A stretch of 64,000 bases of DNA from Octopus sinensis. Taxonomy: Eukaryota. Position 1 is the stretch's first letter, and every line of letters starts with the position of its first letter. Below the pieces are notes generated by a model. It worked only from the letters and a program-made list of their open reading frames with translations, had not been told where the DNA came from and searched no databases. Positions 1-13,607 of the stretch are shown one piece after another. The stretch spans positions 44,702,001 through 44,766,000 of the forward strand of contig NC_042998.1 of the NCBI RefSeq assembly GCF_006345805.1. The letters run 5' to 3'. The position numbers were made by a program, and so were the translations under genes.

Positions 1-737
1 CGGATGAAGATCTTGTTTCACGCGCGGTGTCGTTTGTTTACCGGGGCTAAGCCATTCCTTACGTTGCTTGATGTACAGGCACCATTTTTCGTCGCCAGTA
101 ACGATTTGGTACACAAATCGTTGCTTGTGTCCATGACTTGAGCGGTGACGAGCAAGCAAACCAGCGGAGATTGTGGCTCGTTGATTTTTGTTGTCACATA
201 AAGCATGCGGAACCCATGCTCCATACTTCTGAAGCTTTCCCATCGAGTGAAGATGCTTCTCTATAGCAGTATGGGAGTAGTCCACACTGCCAGTTCTCTT
301 GTCGATTGACAAGAATTTTGTGCAAAAGTTGGTTTACTCGCCCTTCAACGATTTCAACTGTACGGCCAGAACGAGGTGCGTCTTTGAGGCCAAAATTTCC
401 ATTTTTGAACTTGGTATACCAATCACGAGCGTTCTTTCAGCTATGGTACCCTCTCCATACCCAACACAAATGTCGCGAGCAGCTTTTGCAGCCTTAGAAC
501 CTTGATTAAAACCAAAAAGAAGGTGTCGAAAATACTCGTTTTTCTTAACTTGACGTTCCATCCTAATGATCTGAAATTAAACAAAAATTAACTAAAATTA
601 ACTAGAAAAAGAAAAAGAAAATAGATTCCGAAACGATTCAAAAATAGATTTCTCGAAAAAAACAGATTCCAAAATTGAAAGACACAATAAATTCCAAAAT
701 TAAAATAAACGGCGGGAACGTAGTTGCCAACCCAATA
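1..737 (-). mobile_element. Mariner (Tc1/mariner) transposon, 5' half, with frameshifted transposase; runs off the window start
   Basis: Minus-strand frames from 561 join to MERQVKKNEYFRHLL..ARDIC..YGEGTIAERT..W..KFKNGNFGLKDAPRSGR..WVPHAL..IVTGDEKWCLY..KQDLHP, containing the mariner WVPHEL-like and TGDEKW motifs. TIR-like end reads tattgggttggcaacta on the minus strand at about 721-737, next to TA. Confidence 0.9.
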
Positions 738-751
738 TACATACTTACATG

Positions 752-762
752 TACATATATAT

Positions 763-796
<34 letters not shown>

Positions 797-797
797 A

Positions 798-858
<61 letters not shown>
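752..858. repeat. (TA)n microsatellite
   Basis: Directly visible dinucleotide run. Confidence 0.95.
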
Positions 859-859
<1 letters not shown>

Positions 860-1008
860 GACAGACGTCTTTTAGTTTCCAACAACCAAATCCAGTCATA
901 AGTCTTTGATCGACCCGAGGCTATTGTAGAAGAAACTTAATGCAAGATGCCATGCAGCAGGACTGAACCCGGAACCATATGGTTGGGAAGCAAGCTTCTT
1001 ACCACACA
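858..1008 (-). mobile_element. tRNA-derived SINE head, family B (CORE-like), abutting a TA run
   Basis: Reverse complement matches the gtgtggtaagaagcttgcttccc...ggttcagtcc...ctatagcctcgggccgacc...gaaagaagc.cgtcg head also seen at 2938, 38600, 41005 and 44290. Confidence 0.75.
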
Positions 1009-1976
1009 CCCACACCTTATATTCAAAATTAGGGAATGGGCGATATAAAATCCAGGCCACATATGTTTCATAGCTAGCAACATTTCAGAAGTAGTAATTA
1101 CCCATTCGTGTTTTTCTTTTTTCTTTTTGTATCTTAGTTAAACTATAAATAAATGTAACGAACTGACGCCTTGTTTATGCAATTTTAGATATTTTCTAAT
1201 TGAAACTACTTCCTATCTGAACTTTGAGAAACATGTGTTAGTTGCTTATGTGTACGTCTGTGTGTGTGAGTGTGTGTGCGCGTGTGTGTGTGTGTAAGTT
1301 TATAAGAACAAGAAGAAATTTAATTCAAACATAACTCTTTTATCAAATACAGCAACGCTTTTCTAACTTGGTGCTAATACATTTTCTCTGTTTTTACATT
1401 ATCGAAAGACATGGTGATTGGCCTACATAAATCACAGATGTAGCAATTTCTAATGTTAATTTATCGATTAGTCATGAAATGGACAGAGCACATGAACCGT
1501 TTCAGGAATTACTACAAGGGCAAGGGGAAAATAGTTGTATCCTTATGACTTGCTTAAATGAATGCAACAAAGTAAATTATTCTAGAATCATACAAGAGCC
1601 AGGTTATTGGGCTGTTAAATTACGCAAAAGAGAAATTCTACAAACCAAATAGGCCACTGAGAATATATAGAGTCGGTGGAAAGGCAGTAACACATCGTTT
1701 ACGCCCTTCTAGTGATTCCGCCAGTCCACCAGAAAGTCATTTATTTTATTGAACCCCAGAAAGATGAAAAGCAATGTTCGCCGCTACAGGATTGGAAATA
1801 AAACCCAGGAAACCAGAATGAATACTGCAAAGTATTTTGTCTGAGATTCCTAACAACTTAGCCAATTCACCACCTTTACGTCAACTCCATACTTGTTTAG
1901 TACTTTATCTTATCTACACCGAAAGGAACAAAAAACAATAGTAACCACCGCAGAATTTGAACGCTGAATATATAAC

Positions 1977-2210
1977 TATTTCTTTACTACCCACAAAGGG
2001 CTAAACACAGAGGAGACAAACAAGGACAGACAAACTGATTAAGTCGATTACATCGACTCCAGTGCGTAGCTCGTACTTAATTTATCGACCCCGAAAGGAT
2101 GAAAGGCAAAGTCGACCTCGGCGGAATTTGAACTCAGAACGTAATGGCAGACGAAATACGGCTACGCATTTTCGCCCGGCGTGCTAACGTTTCTGCCAGC
2201 TCGCCACCTT
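1977..2210 (-). mobile_element. tRNA-derived SINE, family A, full-length monomer with 17-bp target-site duplication
   Basis: A-box-like tggcagaaacg and B-box-like gttcaaattcc on the minus strand. Exact flanking duplication aacgctgaatatataac at 1960-1976 and 2211-2227. Confidence 0.9.
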
Positions 2211-2323
2211 AACGCTGAATATATAACGTCAAAACAAATGTCTCCACCCTGGATGGTGTTAACTTAACGACATAACAACATGTTGTCGAGAGGCAGTATG
2301 CAAATATACAAATTGATTCAAAG

Positions 2324-2617
2324 TGTCACGCCGTGTCAATAGTTAGCTGTGAAGTGTGAGCAAAAAGATGCAGACAACTTATCAGCAGGATTTCATAATA
2401 AACGTTAGTCCGTAGTTATTATTAAGCAACGTTCATTTGATTGATTGGTGGTGTGAAAAACACACCCGTTGTGATTGGGCGGCAATTAGTGTGCAGTTAA
2501 ATGGAGAAATTGTACATGTAGTGATATTGAAGTGTGTATATATTTATTCACCCGAATCCGTGTTGTCATATATACTTTGTTGTCATATGTGACTCGTTAA
2601 AATGGATTAGTTTAAAC

Positions 2618-2677
<60 letters not shown>

Positions 2678-2861
2678 CAACTTATCAGCAGGATTTCATA
2701 ATACAACTTATGTATGTATGTATGTCATTGTTATTTGTTAATATTGCATTGTTCAACAATAAATGCGATTAATCCAATTTGATTGTATATGAATTGTGGG
2801 TGTGTTTCTTTAAATATTGGGATTTAATTAAGGCCTGGCCGTGTCATTAGTATTAATGACA
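2324..2861. mobile_element. Possible solo LTR
   Basis: Starts tgtca and ends tgaca, has aataaa near 2758 and an internal exact 30-bp duplication (2371-2400 and 2674-2703). No target-site duplication found. Confidence 0.25.
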
Positions 2862-2886
2862 GAAACATACATAGAAGCAAGTAACA

Positions 2887-2920
<34 letters not shown>

Positions 2921-2937
2921 TGCATGCGTGTGTGTGT

Positions 2938-3088
2938 GTGTGGTAAGAAGCTAGCTTCCCAAAGACATCGTCCCGGGTTCAATCCCCCCAGGGTGGCACC
3001 TTGAGCAAATGTCTTCCGCTATAGCCTCAAAAGGCCGACAAAGCCTTGTGAGAGGATTTGATAGACAGAACTGAAAGAAGCTCGACGT
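2938..3088 (+). mobile_element. SINE family B head running into (TA)n
   Basis: gtgtggtaagaagctagcttccc...ggttcaatccc...gcaccttgagcaaatgtctt...gaaagaagctcgacg followed directly by a TA run. Confidence 0.75.
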
Positions 3089-3094
3089 ATATAT

Positions 3095-3191
<97 letters not shown>

Positions 3192-3374
3192 CATAAGGAC
3201 TCATATACATCTACACATACACACTAGCATATAGATGCGTATAACATATACATGTGTGTGTGTGTGTTCACCTATTGTGTATTTATGCATATGTGCGTGA
3301 ATGTATGTGTTTATGAATATGAGTGTTTGTATGCATATACAAATGATTCTATCTGTGTGCATATATATAAATGT

Positions 3375-3375
<1 letters not shown>

Positions 3376-3445
<70 letters not shown>
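3376..3445. repeat. (GATA)n microsatellite; similar tracts at about 7717-7806 and 9290-9470
   Basis: Directly visible tetranucleotide runs. Confidence 0.95.
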
Positions 3446-3447
<2 letters not shown>

Positions 3448-3559
3448 AAGAGAGAGATGCATGTATGTATGGATGTATATTTGTATGCATGTATACATTT
3501 ATGTACGTATATATGTATAATCTTATCAGCTCTCCTTATAATGCTCACTTATCGTTATG

Positions 3560-4800
3560 TGCGATATTTCACTATCTCTGTCTCCATAACAATATCCAGC
3601 TTCAGGTTGACTATGCCTTTGTGTTTCGCTAAATTAGAGCGTAGCTTTGAATTTGTGAAAAGCAAAAATCAATATCCTTGCTAATTCACCTTCTCTTACT
3701 TGTAAAATTCTTTGATGTGAAGATATTTGTTGAGAACGCTTGGCTAATAGATACCACAATATTATTTCCCATAGTAATAAGCTATGTTGTTAGCTTATGT
3801 GTTTCATGTCCAATAATGGCTTGTATTGTTGCAATATCGCAAGGAAAATCTGAAAAGAAAACTAGCAAATCTTTTTTCAATAACAGAATATGATGGTAGC
3901 ATATGCTTAATTTGCGTGAAATTTGACATAGTCTAATTAACAACACTTTACGGAGATATAAACATGAGTCAATAACCTGGTAACAAACGAGTAAGGTTTG
4001 GCCTTCAGTTGACAGGAACGGAGAAACCGTAGCATAGAAGACTGAGATTTTTATGGAAAATGTTTGATACATAGATTCAAATTCAAATAATTTAAACAAA
4101 AATGAGCTAAGAGAAATAACTCGGAGTGGTCAGTAGCACGTATTTGAACAACATAGATAGAGGCATATCAAATGCTATGCAACGTAAGTTGAGTTTTAAA
4201 ACTATCTCCGCCTCTAGATGATATATAATTACCGAATAACTGTTAAGACCATCTCTACATGAGCAGAGAAGATATTTTTAAGAATCAGGAAATCTCCAAA
4301 GCTGACACACCATTAAAACAAAAGACAGACTTATTGTTTGAAGATTAGCGGATAGTCGTGGATACGTGTTTCTGGCTCAATAGTTATCATCAGCACGACA
4401 ATAGTTCAACCTTATCTCCGATAGCTAAAGGACTTAGATTTATAGAAAAACGAGTAGAACACATTTTGGTCGCTATAACTTGCATAATTTAAGCAGAATT
4501 TAACTATGATAAATATCTCGGTGTAGCCAATGGGATGTATTTGAAAAACGTTTAAAAATACAGACATATATACAATACAATTTAAATTCCTGATCGTAAC
4601 AGTTACTTCCGCCCCTAGATGATGCATCGTAATTAGCAAATGGCAATTAAGACTAGCTCTACTTGAGAAGGGGAGATAATCTCAAGTTGACATGCCATTT
4701 TGGTAAAGTACAGGCTTATTGAGTGGAGATAAGATGACATTCGCAAACTTCTTCTGTGGCTTAATAGCCGTCCTTAGCATACGTCTCCAAGCCTGGTGAG
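3560..4800 (-). pseudogene. Heavily degraded non-LTR reverse transcriptase, CR1/L2-group-like
   Basis: Broken minus-strand frames give a YADD-like remnant (CRADDN near 4390), GNYISS near 4225 and a C-terminal stretch HMLPSYSVIEKRFASFLFRF near 3850-3900, in the order expected for this group. Many stops and frameshifts. Confidence 0.45.
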
Positions 4801-4999
4801 AACGACTCTCTTTTTTTCATACTTGCTCAAAGAATTACTGCGAAAATAAAGAAAGTAGAGTGGTGTTGCGACAAAATTGATAGCATGTCTCACAAAATAC
4901 CAAGCAGTTTTTACATAAGATACTTTACGACCTGGATTTACATTCTGTTATGTTTGATGCTGGATTTCATCAATTTTTGATCGACAAAATATATATTCT

Positions 5000-5578
5000 T
5001 TTCTACTCTAGACACAAAGACCGAAATTTGGCGAATAGATGGGGCAGTCGATTAGATTGACACAGTTCGCAACTGGTACTTAATTTATCGACTCCGATTG
5101 ACGAAAGGCAAAGTCAACCTCGACGGAATTTGAACTCAGAATCATAAAGAAAGACGAAATACCTATTTCTTTACTACCCACAAGGGGTTAAGCACAGAAG
5201 GGACGAACAAGAACGGACAAACGGATTAAGTCGATTATATCGATACCAGTGCGTAACTGGTACTTAATTTGTCGACCCCGAAAGGATGAAAGGCAAAATC
5301 GACCTTGGCGGAATTTGAACTCAGAACGTAGCGGCAGACGAAATAGCTATTTCTTTACTACCCACAAGGGGCTAAACACAGATAGGACAAACAAGGACAG
5401 GCAAACGGATTAAGTCGATTATATCTACCCCAGTGCGTAATGGGTGCTGTTTAATCGACCCCGAAAGGATGAAAGGCAAAGTCGACCTCGGCGGAATTTG
5501 AACTCAGAACGTAACAGCAGACGTAATACGACTACGCATTTCGCCCAGCGTGCTAACGTTTCTGCCAGCTCGCTACCT
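5000..5578 (-). mobile_element. SINE family A concatemer: one head, two young units and an older-subfamily body
   Basis: Units joined at gacgaaatacctatttc (about 5160) and gacgaaatagctatttc (about 5344). The leftmost unit is more diverged and has a different tail. Confidence 0.85.
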
Positions 5579-7125
5579 TCGACAAAATATATTTTAGATG
5601 AGTTCTCATATCGATTTAAAATGACAAAAAGTAAAACGAAAAACTACGCTGTGTTCCTTTGTAAGTAATCTATGAAATGCAGTCGATTTTCTTAACTATA
5701 ATCATTTCTTATAGAAACTATTTTTGTTTTGTCTAATTAAAATGTATAAAGGATAACAATAAATTTGTTTATTGATCTTAGTATATCTGATCTCGTTTAG
5801 AAACATATAAAATAGCTACTTAACATACGTGAATTTGGGAGGTGCTTCTGAAAATATATTTTGAAGAGAAAAAACTGGTCAGTACGTTGGCCATCGTCGT
5901 AGTAGAAACATTAACTAAATCTATTCTACTATGTCCTCTTTAATACAGAAACACATATTGGATAATGTAACCTAAGATGAAAAAAAGAAAACAGAATGGT
6001 CATAGATAGCAGGACTTGGGTCATAGGTTTGCCCGATCTGCCTGTTCTGGTGTTCAAATATAAAACCAACCAACAATCTTTCTTTAAGCAATTGTGTTCA
6101 TAGTCATGGGGGAAAGGGAGTACCAAGGACCATGGTCAGGGCCTCCGAGGTTGGTGGAGGGACGAAATTATCTTTAAATCGAGTACATGTAACAAAGCAG
6201 GTGTCGGTACTAGACCAGGGGACAAGATTATGTCTACAAACCAAAGTGGGCCACAAGGAGATTTGAACTCGGAATACAAAATCCAAAGATATACTATAAG
6301 GCCTCTTTTCCGTCGCTCTAATGTTTCCGTAACTCATTTTCCTTTAAATGGTACAATACTTATCCAACCCGGAGCGGTGAAAGGAAAGACTAAGTCTATT
6401 TCGATTGGAGTTGAACGCAGAACAATCGCAAGGTATTTCGAGCGACAGGCTGACGACTCAGCTATTTCGGCGCGTAGGCATAATTCTTTGGTTTATTGAA
6501 ACTCCCTGTAACTGTTTAAACTGGTCTGACGTCAGATTCGCAGAAATAGTAATAATACATTAATACATGGCTCCTTTTATGCCTGTTGTTGAATACGAGT
6601 TATTCAGGTCTAAATAATGAATTTTCCATTGGAATTCTCAGCATTCAGTCTCCTTATGTTTCAGCTTTATTCTGTAATTGTATCGTGGTTAGAATGACAT
6701 GCAAAAATTTGATATAAATGCACAGCAATACAAATACAGGGTAATTATGATTCGGTTAGCCCTTATGTATATAAGATCAGTATCTAAACAACTTTAATAT
6801 AAACCTGTCACTTAATTAAAGATACCGAGAAGATTTGAAAGTCATTAAATACTTAACTAAAATAAAATTGCTAATAATAATGATTATTATTATGATGGGA
6901 GCAACGGCCACTGCAGAGGTAAAACGGGGGCGATTACAGTAATTACAGAGAAGCGCTTAAGAATAAGGGACAGTTCTATTTATTCTGAAGTTCGGAACAT
7001 GATAAGAAATTCACAACTTGAATTAAAAGACTGAGACACCCCACCTCACTATATATGCATATAGAGATAGATAGATAGAACGAGAGAGATAGAGAGAGAT
7101 ACATACGTATATGTATATGAAAATG

Positions 7126-7213
<88 letters not shown>

Positions 7214-7394
7214 TGTCTGGTGTGCAATATATACACACACGTTTGGTGCAAATTGCTGGCTTCAGTTTCTTGGCCAGATCACTGCTCTTTGTTTTTCTTT
7301 GGTGCACATTGCTAGTTGGGCTGCCATGTTTACACTGTCAAGCCAGAAAGAAAAAATGGCGCGATCAGTCTCAAACTCGATCAAACTTTGATTT

Positions 7395-7447
7395 ATCAAC
7401 CAAAGCCTTGTGAGTGGATTGGTAGACGGAAACAGAAAGAATCTGTC

Positions 7448-7512
<65 letters not shown>

Positions 7513-7700
7513 TGTGGTTTGTCCCCTCACCATCACTTGACAACTGATGCTGGTGTGTTTACGTCCCCGTAGCATAGCGGTTCGTCAAAAGCGACCGATA
7601 GAATAAGTACTAGGCTTACAAAGAGAGAGTCCTTGGGTCGATTTCTTTGAGTAAAGACTGTGTTCCAGCATGGCCGCAGTCATATGACTGAAACAGTTAA
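7395..7700 (+). mobile_element. SINE family B body with internal (TA)n
   Basis: aaagccttgtgagtggattggtagacggaaac..(TA)n..cttgacaactgatgctggtgtgtttacgtccccg..cagcatggccgcagtcatatgactgaaac; similar to 38600-39010 and 40450-40660. Confidence 0.75.
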
Positions 7701-7717
7701 TAGAGTAAAAGAGTATG

Positions 7718-7807
<90 letters not shown>

Positions 7808-8169
7808 TGTATTCATATATGTATATATATGTATACATTTATCTGTGCGTATATGAGTATGTGTGTGTGAGTGAGCGTGTTTGTATGCACACATTTATAC
7901 ATGCCGATGTATGTTTGTATGTTACAAATCCATCATAATTTAATTTCTAGTTCATGTCTGATCCAAAAAATTCTGTATACCACTAAATTTTTGATGATCC
8001 ATCTGTGTGGTAAGCAATTAAATCTCCACAATGATCCGACTAAATATTTGATTCTATACAAGAGCTACTAATAGGGATAACATCTATGTACAGGAGAGTA
8101 AAAAACCACTAAACAACGAACCAAAAAGATAATCCTATGAACAAATACAAAAACCTTACAAAACAGTTT

Positions 8170-8450
8170 CATGTTAATAATCATAGACATCCCATCGTCT
8201 GCTGTGTTACAGGATATCACTACAGTTTCGACACTACTATCCAACGCAACGGTACCCACAGCGCCTAAAATATTCCAACGCTGCCTGGGAATTACACGAC
8301 ATAAAAGGAAACACCACTACCATAGAGATGTACATATAACGGATCAAAGTCCTCAACCTATGACACATGAACCTTTCCAAACCTTCGAATATGTAAAACG
8401 TAAACCTATCTCAAGCAACCAACAATTAAAAGTATAAAGAGACATAAACT
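8170..8450 (+). pseudogene. Possible Penelope GIY-YIG C-terminal remnant
   Basis: Frameshifted reading KYSNAAWELHDIK..TTIEMYI..KSSTYD resembles the post-YIG region of the Penelope ORF at 62500-62750. Confidence 0.35.
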
Positions 8451-9319
8451 AGTGCTTCATAAATAAAATTAATATGAAAATGAATAAATAGATATATACT
8501 ATTGCATGTTAAACTTAGGTACTAATGTACTACTAATACAGAATTAATAAAACAGAAAATGAGAGTACACTGGTGTTAATTAAAACATAAAGCAATTAAA
8601 ATTATAATCAACCCTAAAGAAATATCAAGAACCATAATTACAACATCAAACTAACTCACATGTTGCGTGTAACAACGAAACTAGCACATTAAAAGAAGCA
8701 AAAACGATTAATACCTGGATCTCGTAACGGTAAATGAAATTAAAACTGACTAAATAAAATTAAAGCTAACATTAAATTATTACTTTAATAGGTAGGAATA
8801 ATGAGATATAAACTATTGTTTTTCCACTCTATATATTAATGATGAGGAGAATGGAATCAAATAAAACAGAAAAGAGTCAATTAAGCAATATACTAATTAT
8901 AATTACTAACGACGTAAAGAAAACTTGTGAAACATGATTGCAAATTTTATATGTAACAAGATCAGCGCAGTACTTACCCGGTTTCGTAACCAACTATGTA
9001 TGTTTGTATATATTCAGCATGTATGTTTGTATATATTAAGTTTCCTTACAGATTTTGAAGGGAGAAGATTGTGATATTTGAAGCCTAGATGGTTATTTCA
9101 ACCAGTTCCGCTAAGAATATCAGCCGATACTCTTTTGATTGTTAGGGATACTTTTTACAACTCACTCTAGCTCTGTTTGAACAACTTATTCGTAAACCGC
9201 ATTTAAGCACTCACCATCCTCCCCCCTCTCTCTCTATTATATATCATATATATATATATAATAAATATATTTAGATAGATACATAGATAAATAGATAGAT
9301 AGACAGACAGACAGATAGA

Positions 9320-9472
<153 letters not shown>

Positions 9473-9559
9473 TCTTTCACTTATCTCAGTCATTTGACTG
9501 ACTGCAACCATACCGGAGCACCGCCTTCAAACTGTATATATATATTCATATATATCCAC

Positions 9560-9634
<75 letters not shown>

Positions 9635-10804
9635 TAATATATATATGTAATACATATAGCAAATTTATAAACAGGGCTATTTTTACTATTTCTCCGTAGG
9701 CTGAAGAAAATAATTACCAACTTCATTCCACTTAAAAATTTTATTGGATTCTAATGAGAGGCATCTACATCAATTTGATGAATCCAGAGAAGCGATTTTC
9801 CTATCAGTTTGTACACTAGATAATTTCAGTAGCTACAGGAAACTGGACAGACTAACTTTCATACCATACGAGTTAACACTTTACTTAATATCAATGGCCT
9901 GTCAAAGGGGGTCTCAGTCCACACAGTATCAAAGTATGATATAAAACGTGTAACCTGTGTATAAACAGAGCTGATATAGCTATATCTTCGTAGACTGAAA
10001 AATGATGTACAACCTTATTTGATTTTTGGATCGTATTGAATTTTCATCAGAGCCACCTCAATGAGCCTTTCCTTTTTTAAGAACAGAATCTGATATAGGA
10101 GAAATTTTGTTAATATTTATGGCAAACTCATTGTGTACATGAAGGGTTTTCACATTGTTTCGTGACTGTTTCGCTTATTGTTAAGCTCTAGGCTAGCTCT
10201 GCTTGAGCTGATTTCTTGCTAAAGTTATCCCAGCGGAATGATTGCCATGTCATTTTATGTAACGGAAAATGGATGGCCTAGTGTATTCTCATTTTAAAAC
10301 TGTAGAGTTGTGTCATTATAAGGTTTGTTAATTATTTTTACCAGTATGACCAACTGCTTCAAAGCTGCTTCGTTTGCTATTTGCTCTATTATTAATCAGT
10401 CCCAGCTCGAACATCCTTGGTGAAGAAAATAAGGAATTCAATTTAAGAATTATAAAGACGAATATATAAGAGTAAAAATGAAGAAGAAATAGAGAGAGAA
10501 AGGCGGTGATAGACCGAAGGGCGACATATAATTAACCACAAGATAGACAGATAGAAGCAGATTTATGAGAGATATAGATGTCTGTAGTTAGAGAGCGATA
10601 TAAAGACAACTAGCGAACAGATCGGTTTGACATAGAGAGCTTGCTGTTATTTAAAAGTATCAGCCTAGATATCTCTCCTTCTCACTACGCTTCATGCATG
10701 CTTGTGCACACCTGCGAGTATCAGTCTTTAACAGCGGTGCACTATTTTACATAAAGCTCCACAGTATGTATGCATCAATACACACACACATTTATGCAAT
10801 AATT

Positions 10805-10917
<113 letters not shown>

Positions 10918-11229
10918 TGTGTATGTGCGGCTATATGTAGAACTATATGAATATATTAACGTGTCTAGGTATGCATCTGTGTAAAATATATTTTTTTACT
11001 TATGAATGTGTACGTGTGTATATCTATGTATGCATAATCAGCTGCATATATATGTGCAATGAGATTACATCATCAGTATCAAGCAATAACATGTAAATAA
11101 GAAACACACTATATCAAAAAATATTTTCGTACTACGAAACAGTTCATGTACATATATATATATATATATATTATATATACATACATATATATACAAGTAT
11201 ATATACAAGTATATATACATATATATATG

Positions 11230-11267
<38 letters not shown>

Positions 11268-11327
11268 ATACACATAAATAAACATATACCTTCTTGGAAA
11301 TGGATGCATCGAATTTATTGAATAAGA

Positions 11328-11402
<75 letters not shown>

Positions 11403-11424
11403 TGTATATATATTAATATATATA

Positions 11425-11627
11425 ACGGGAAGCTTTATGAAAATAAACAAAAGACGAAGGCAGGTGAAAACAAACGAACAATTGTATTAGTATGGCGCTC
11501 AGGAAATATAAATAAAACAAGTCTTTAACGTTTCGAGCCTACGCTCTTCAACAGAAAGATACACAGAGAGAGAAAAACACAGAAAGAAGGAGAGAAAAAA
11601 AATGCGTGCAGTAGCTAACGAATCAAC

Positions 11628-11665
<38 letters not shown>

Positions 11666-11890
11666 GTATGTATATGTGTGTGTGCATGTTTCTATGTATG
11701 CATGTATGTATGTATATATAAATGCATATATGGGTACAGGACGTCACCAGCAGTGCAAAGAACATGGAATGCGTAAACAAACGAGAGAATAACGAGTAAA
11801 ATACATGAACAACGAGAAAAAAATAGAAAACAGGACAAGTAAACACAGAGAAAAGACACTTCATCAGTTTTCGGCTGTCTCTCTACTCTT
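11425..11890 (-). mobile_element. Penelope-like pseudo-LTR remnant
   Basis: T-rich minus strand carrying a hammerhead-like motif. Shares gctcgaaacgttaaa and cctgagcg with the copy at 39085-39295. Confidence 0.55.
11522..11559 (-). ncRNA. Minimal type I hammerhead-like motif, A6 mutated
   Basis: Minus strand UCUUU-CUGUUGA-A-GAGC-GUAG-GCUC-GAAA-CG-UU-AAAGA: 5-bp stem I, 4-bp stem II, palindromic AACGUU stem III. Core reads CUGUUGA instead of CUGANGA. Confidence 0.55.
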
Positions 11891-12096
11891 CATTTCGAGA
11901 TTCAAATATATAATATGCGATTAATCGATTATTTTAAGTTTCAGTTATATAACTTATGAAAACATTTTTCTCCAGTTCGTAATTTTAAATGTTACTTATG
12001 TATACACAAATAAACACATATACACACATATATATATATGTTCACATACACATATGTATATATGCATGTATGTATGTATGTATGTATGTATGTACG

Positions 12097-12162
<66 letters not shown>

Positions 12163-12424
12163 TGTATGTATGTATGTATTAATGTATTTTTGCATGCGTA
12201 TATACTTATACAGAAACTTTCGTGGAAGCTCTTTCATACGAAAATAGAATTTCTTTGCTTGAAATACTTTATACTATATATTTGAGAATATTTTCGTGAA
12301 GTTCTTCGTAACTAATTATTACAGAATATCTATCTAACCAGTCTGGTTTCTCGAGAACCCTGGTCGTATTTCAAGTTTAAATCAATATCAAAATCTTTCT
12401 GTTGTGACTGTCTAGAACTACCTA

Positions 12425-12480
<56 letters not shown>

Positions 12481-13607
12481 TAATAATAATGATGATGGCG
12501 ATAATAATAATACTCTCTACTGGAGACACAAGGTCTAAAATTAGGTGGTAGAGGACTTGCTGGTTACACTGACTCCAATGTTTTACTGGTACTTAATTTA
12601 TCGACCCCGAAAGGATGAAAGGCAAAAACAACCTCGGTGGAATTTGAATTCAGCACGTAGCAGCAAGCGATATACCGCTAAGCATTTCAACCAGCGTTCT
12701 AACGATTCTGCCAGCTCGCCGCCTTAATAATAATGATAATTGTTTCAAATTTTCTTACAAGGGCAGCATTTTGGGGGTGAGGCGATAACCCTGGTATGAT
12801 TTGAACTCATATTACCGCAAAACAGTTTCTGACAGTTCGCTGTCTTTGGTTTCTGATTTCGGCCCAAAGCCAATGGTTTTAAAGTGTACTAAATTTTATC
12901 AGTTCCGAAAGTTATTCCTGACCTTTACTGGACTTGAACTCAGAACATAAAGGACCAGAGCAAACACAGTAAGCATTTTGTCCGTCGCGCTAACCAGTTT
13001 TGTTAATCAACCGACTCCATAACAGTGCGCCATTGAGATATTTTCTTTGTAGTTTTATTTTGGTAGAATTTAAATGCAGATGCAAATTTTCTTATCATAC
13101 TTTGCTTCGTAGGTGTTGACACTTGTCATGTTAGTTTAGGCTGCTATATTATTTGTCAACAAAACTGGCTTGCTCTGCATGTTATTAAAATATTTTGTAT
13201 ATTTTGTATATCATTGTTTCATAAATCTCTCCTCTTATCTTTCTGTTTCACTCTCTCACTTGCCCTCTTTCTTACTCTCACTCTCCTTCTCTCTTCCTCT
13301 CATGTGTCTCAATTTCACTCGTATAAACATTTATATTCAATTCTTTTCATGTCCACCATAGGCAGATATTTGAATGACACGCAGTATGTAATTTGCTCGT
13401 TCTTCTGTTCTAGTTTTAATACCACTGATCATTTTGTCTTTAACCTCTTAAGTGTTGGAAAAAATAAGACCCAGTAATATGACTGAGACGATGGCACATC
13501 CTTCTCTCGTCAAATTTATGTCCAATATATTATCACTTTGCTATAACTACTACAAGTATTTCCACTACTGTTGCTGTTACTACTACTACTTCTTTAACTA
13601 CTGCAAC

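Noticed and set aside
1430-1655. Open frame of about 70 codons as a candidate host exon
   Set aside because: No recognisable domain, weak polypyrimidine tract and no neighbouring exons to support it.
8962-8995. Half hammerhead on the minus strand (ggttacgaaaccgggtaagta); similar hints near 11850, 33815, 38380 and 43965
   Set aside because: Only the GAAA and stem III side, or a mutated core, is present. Not enough to call.
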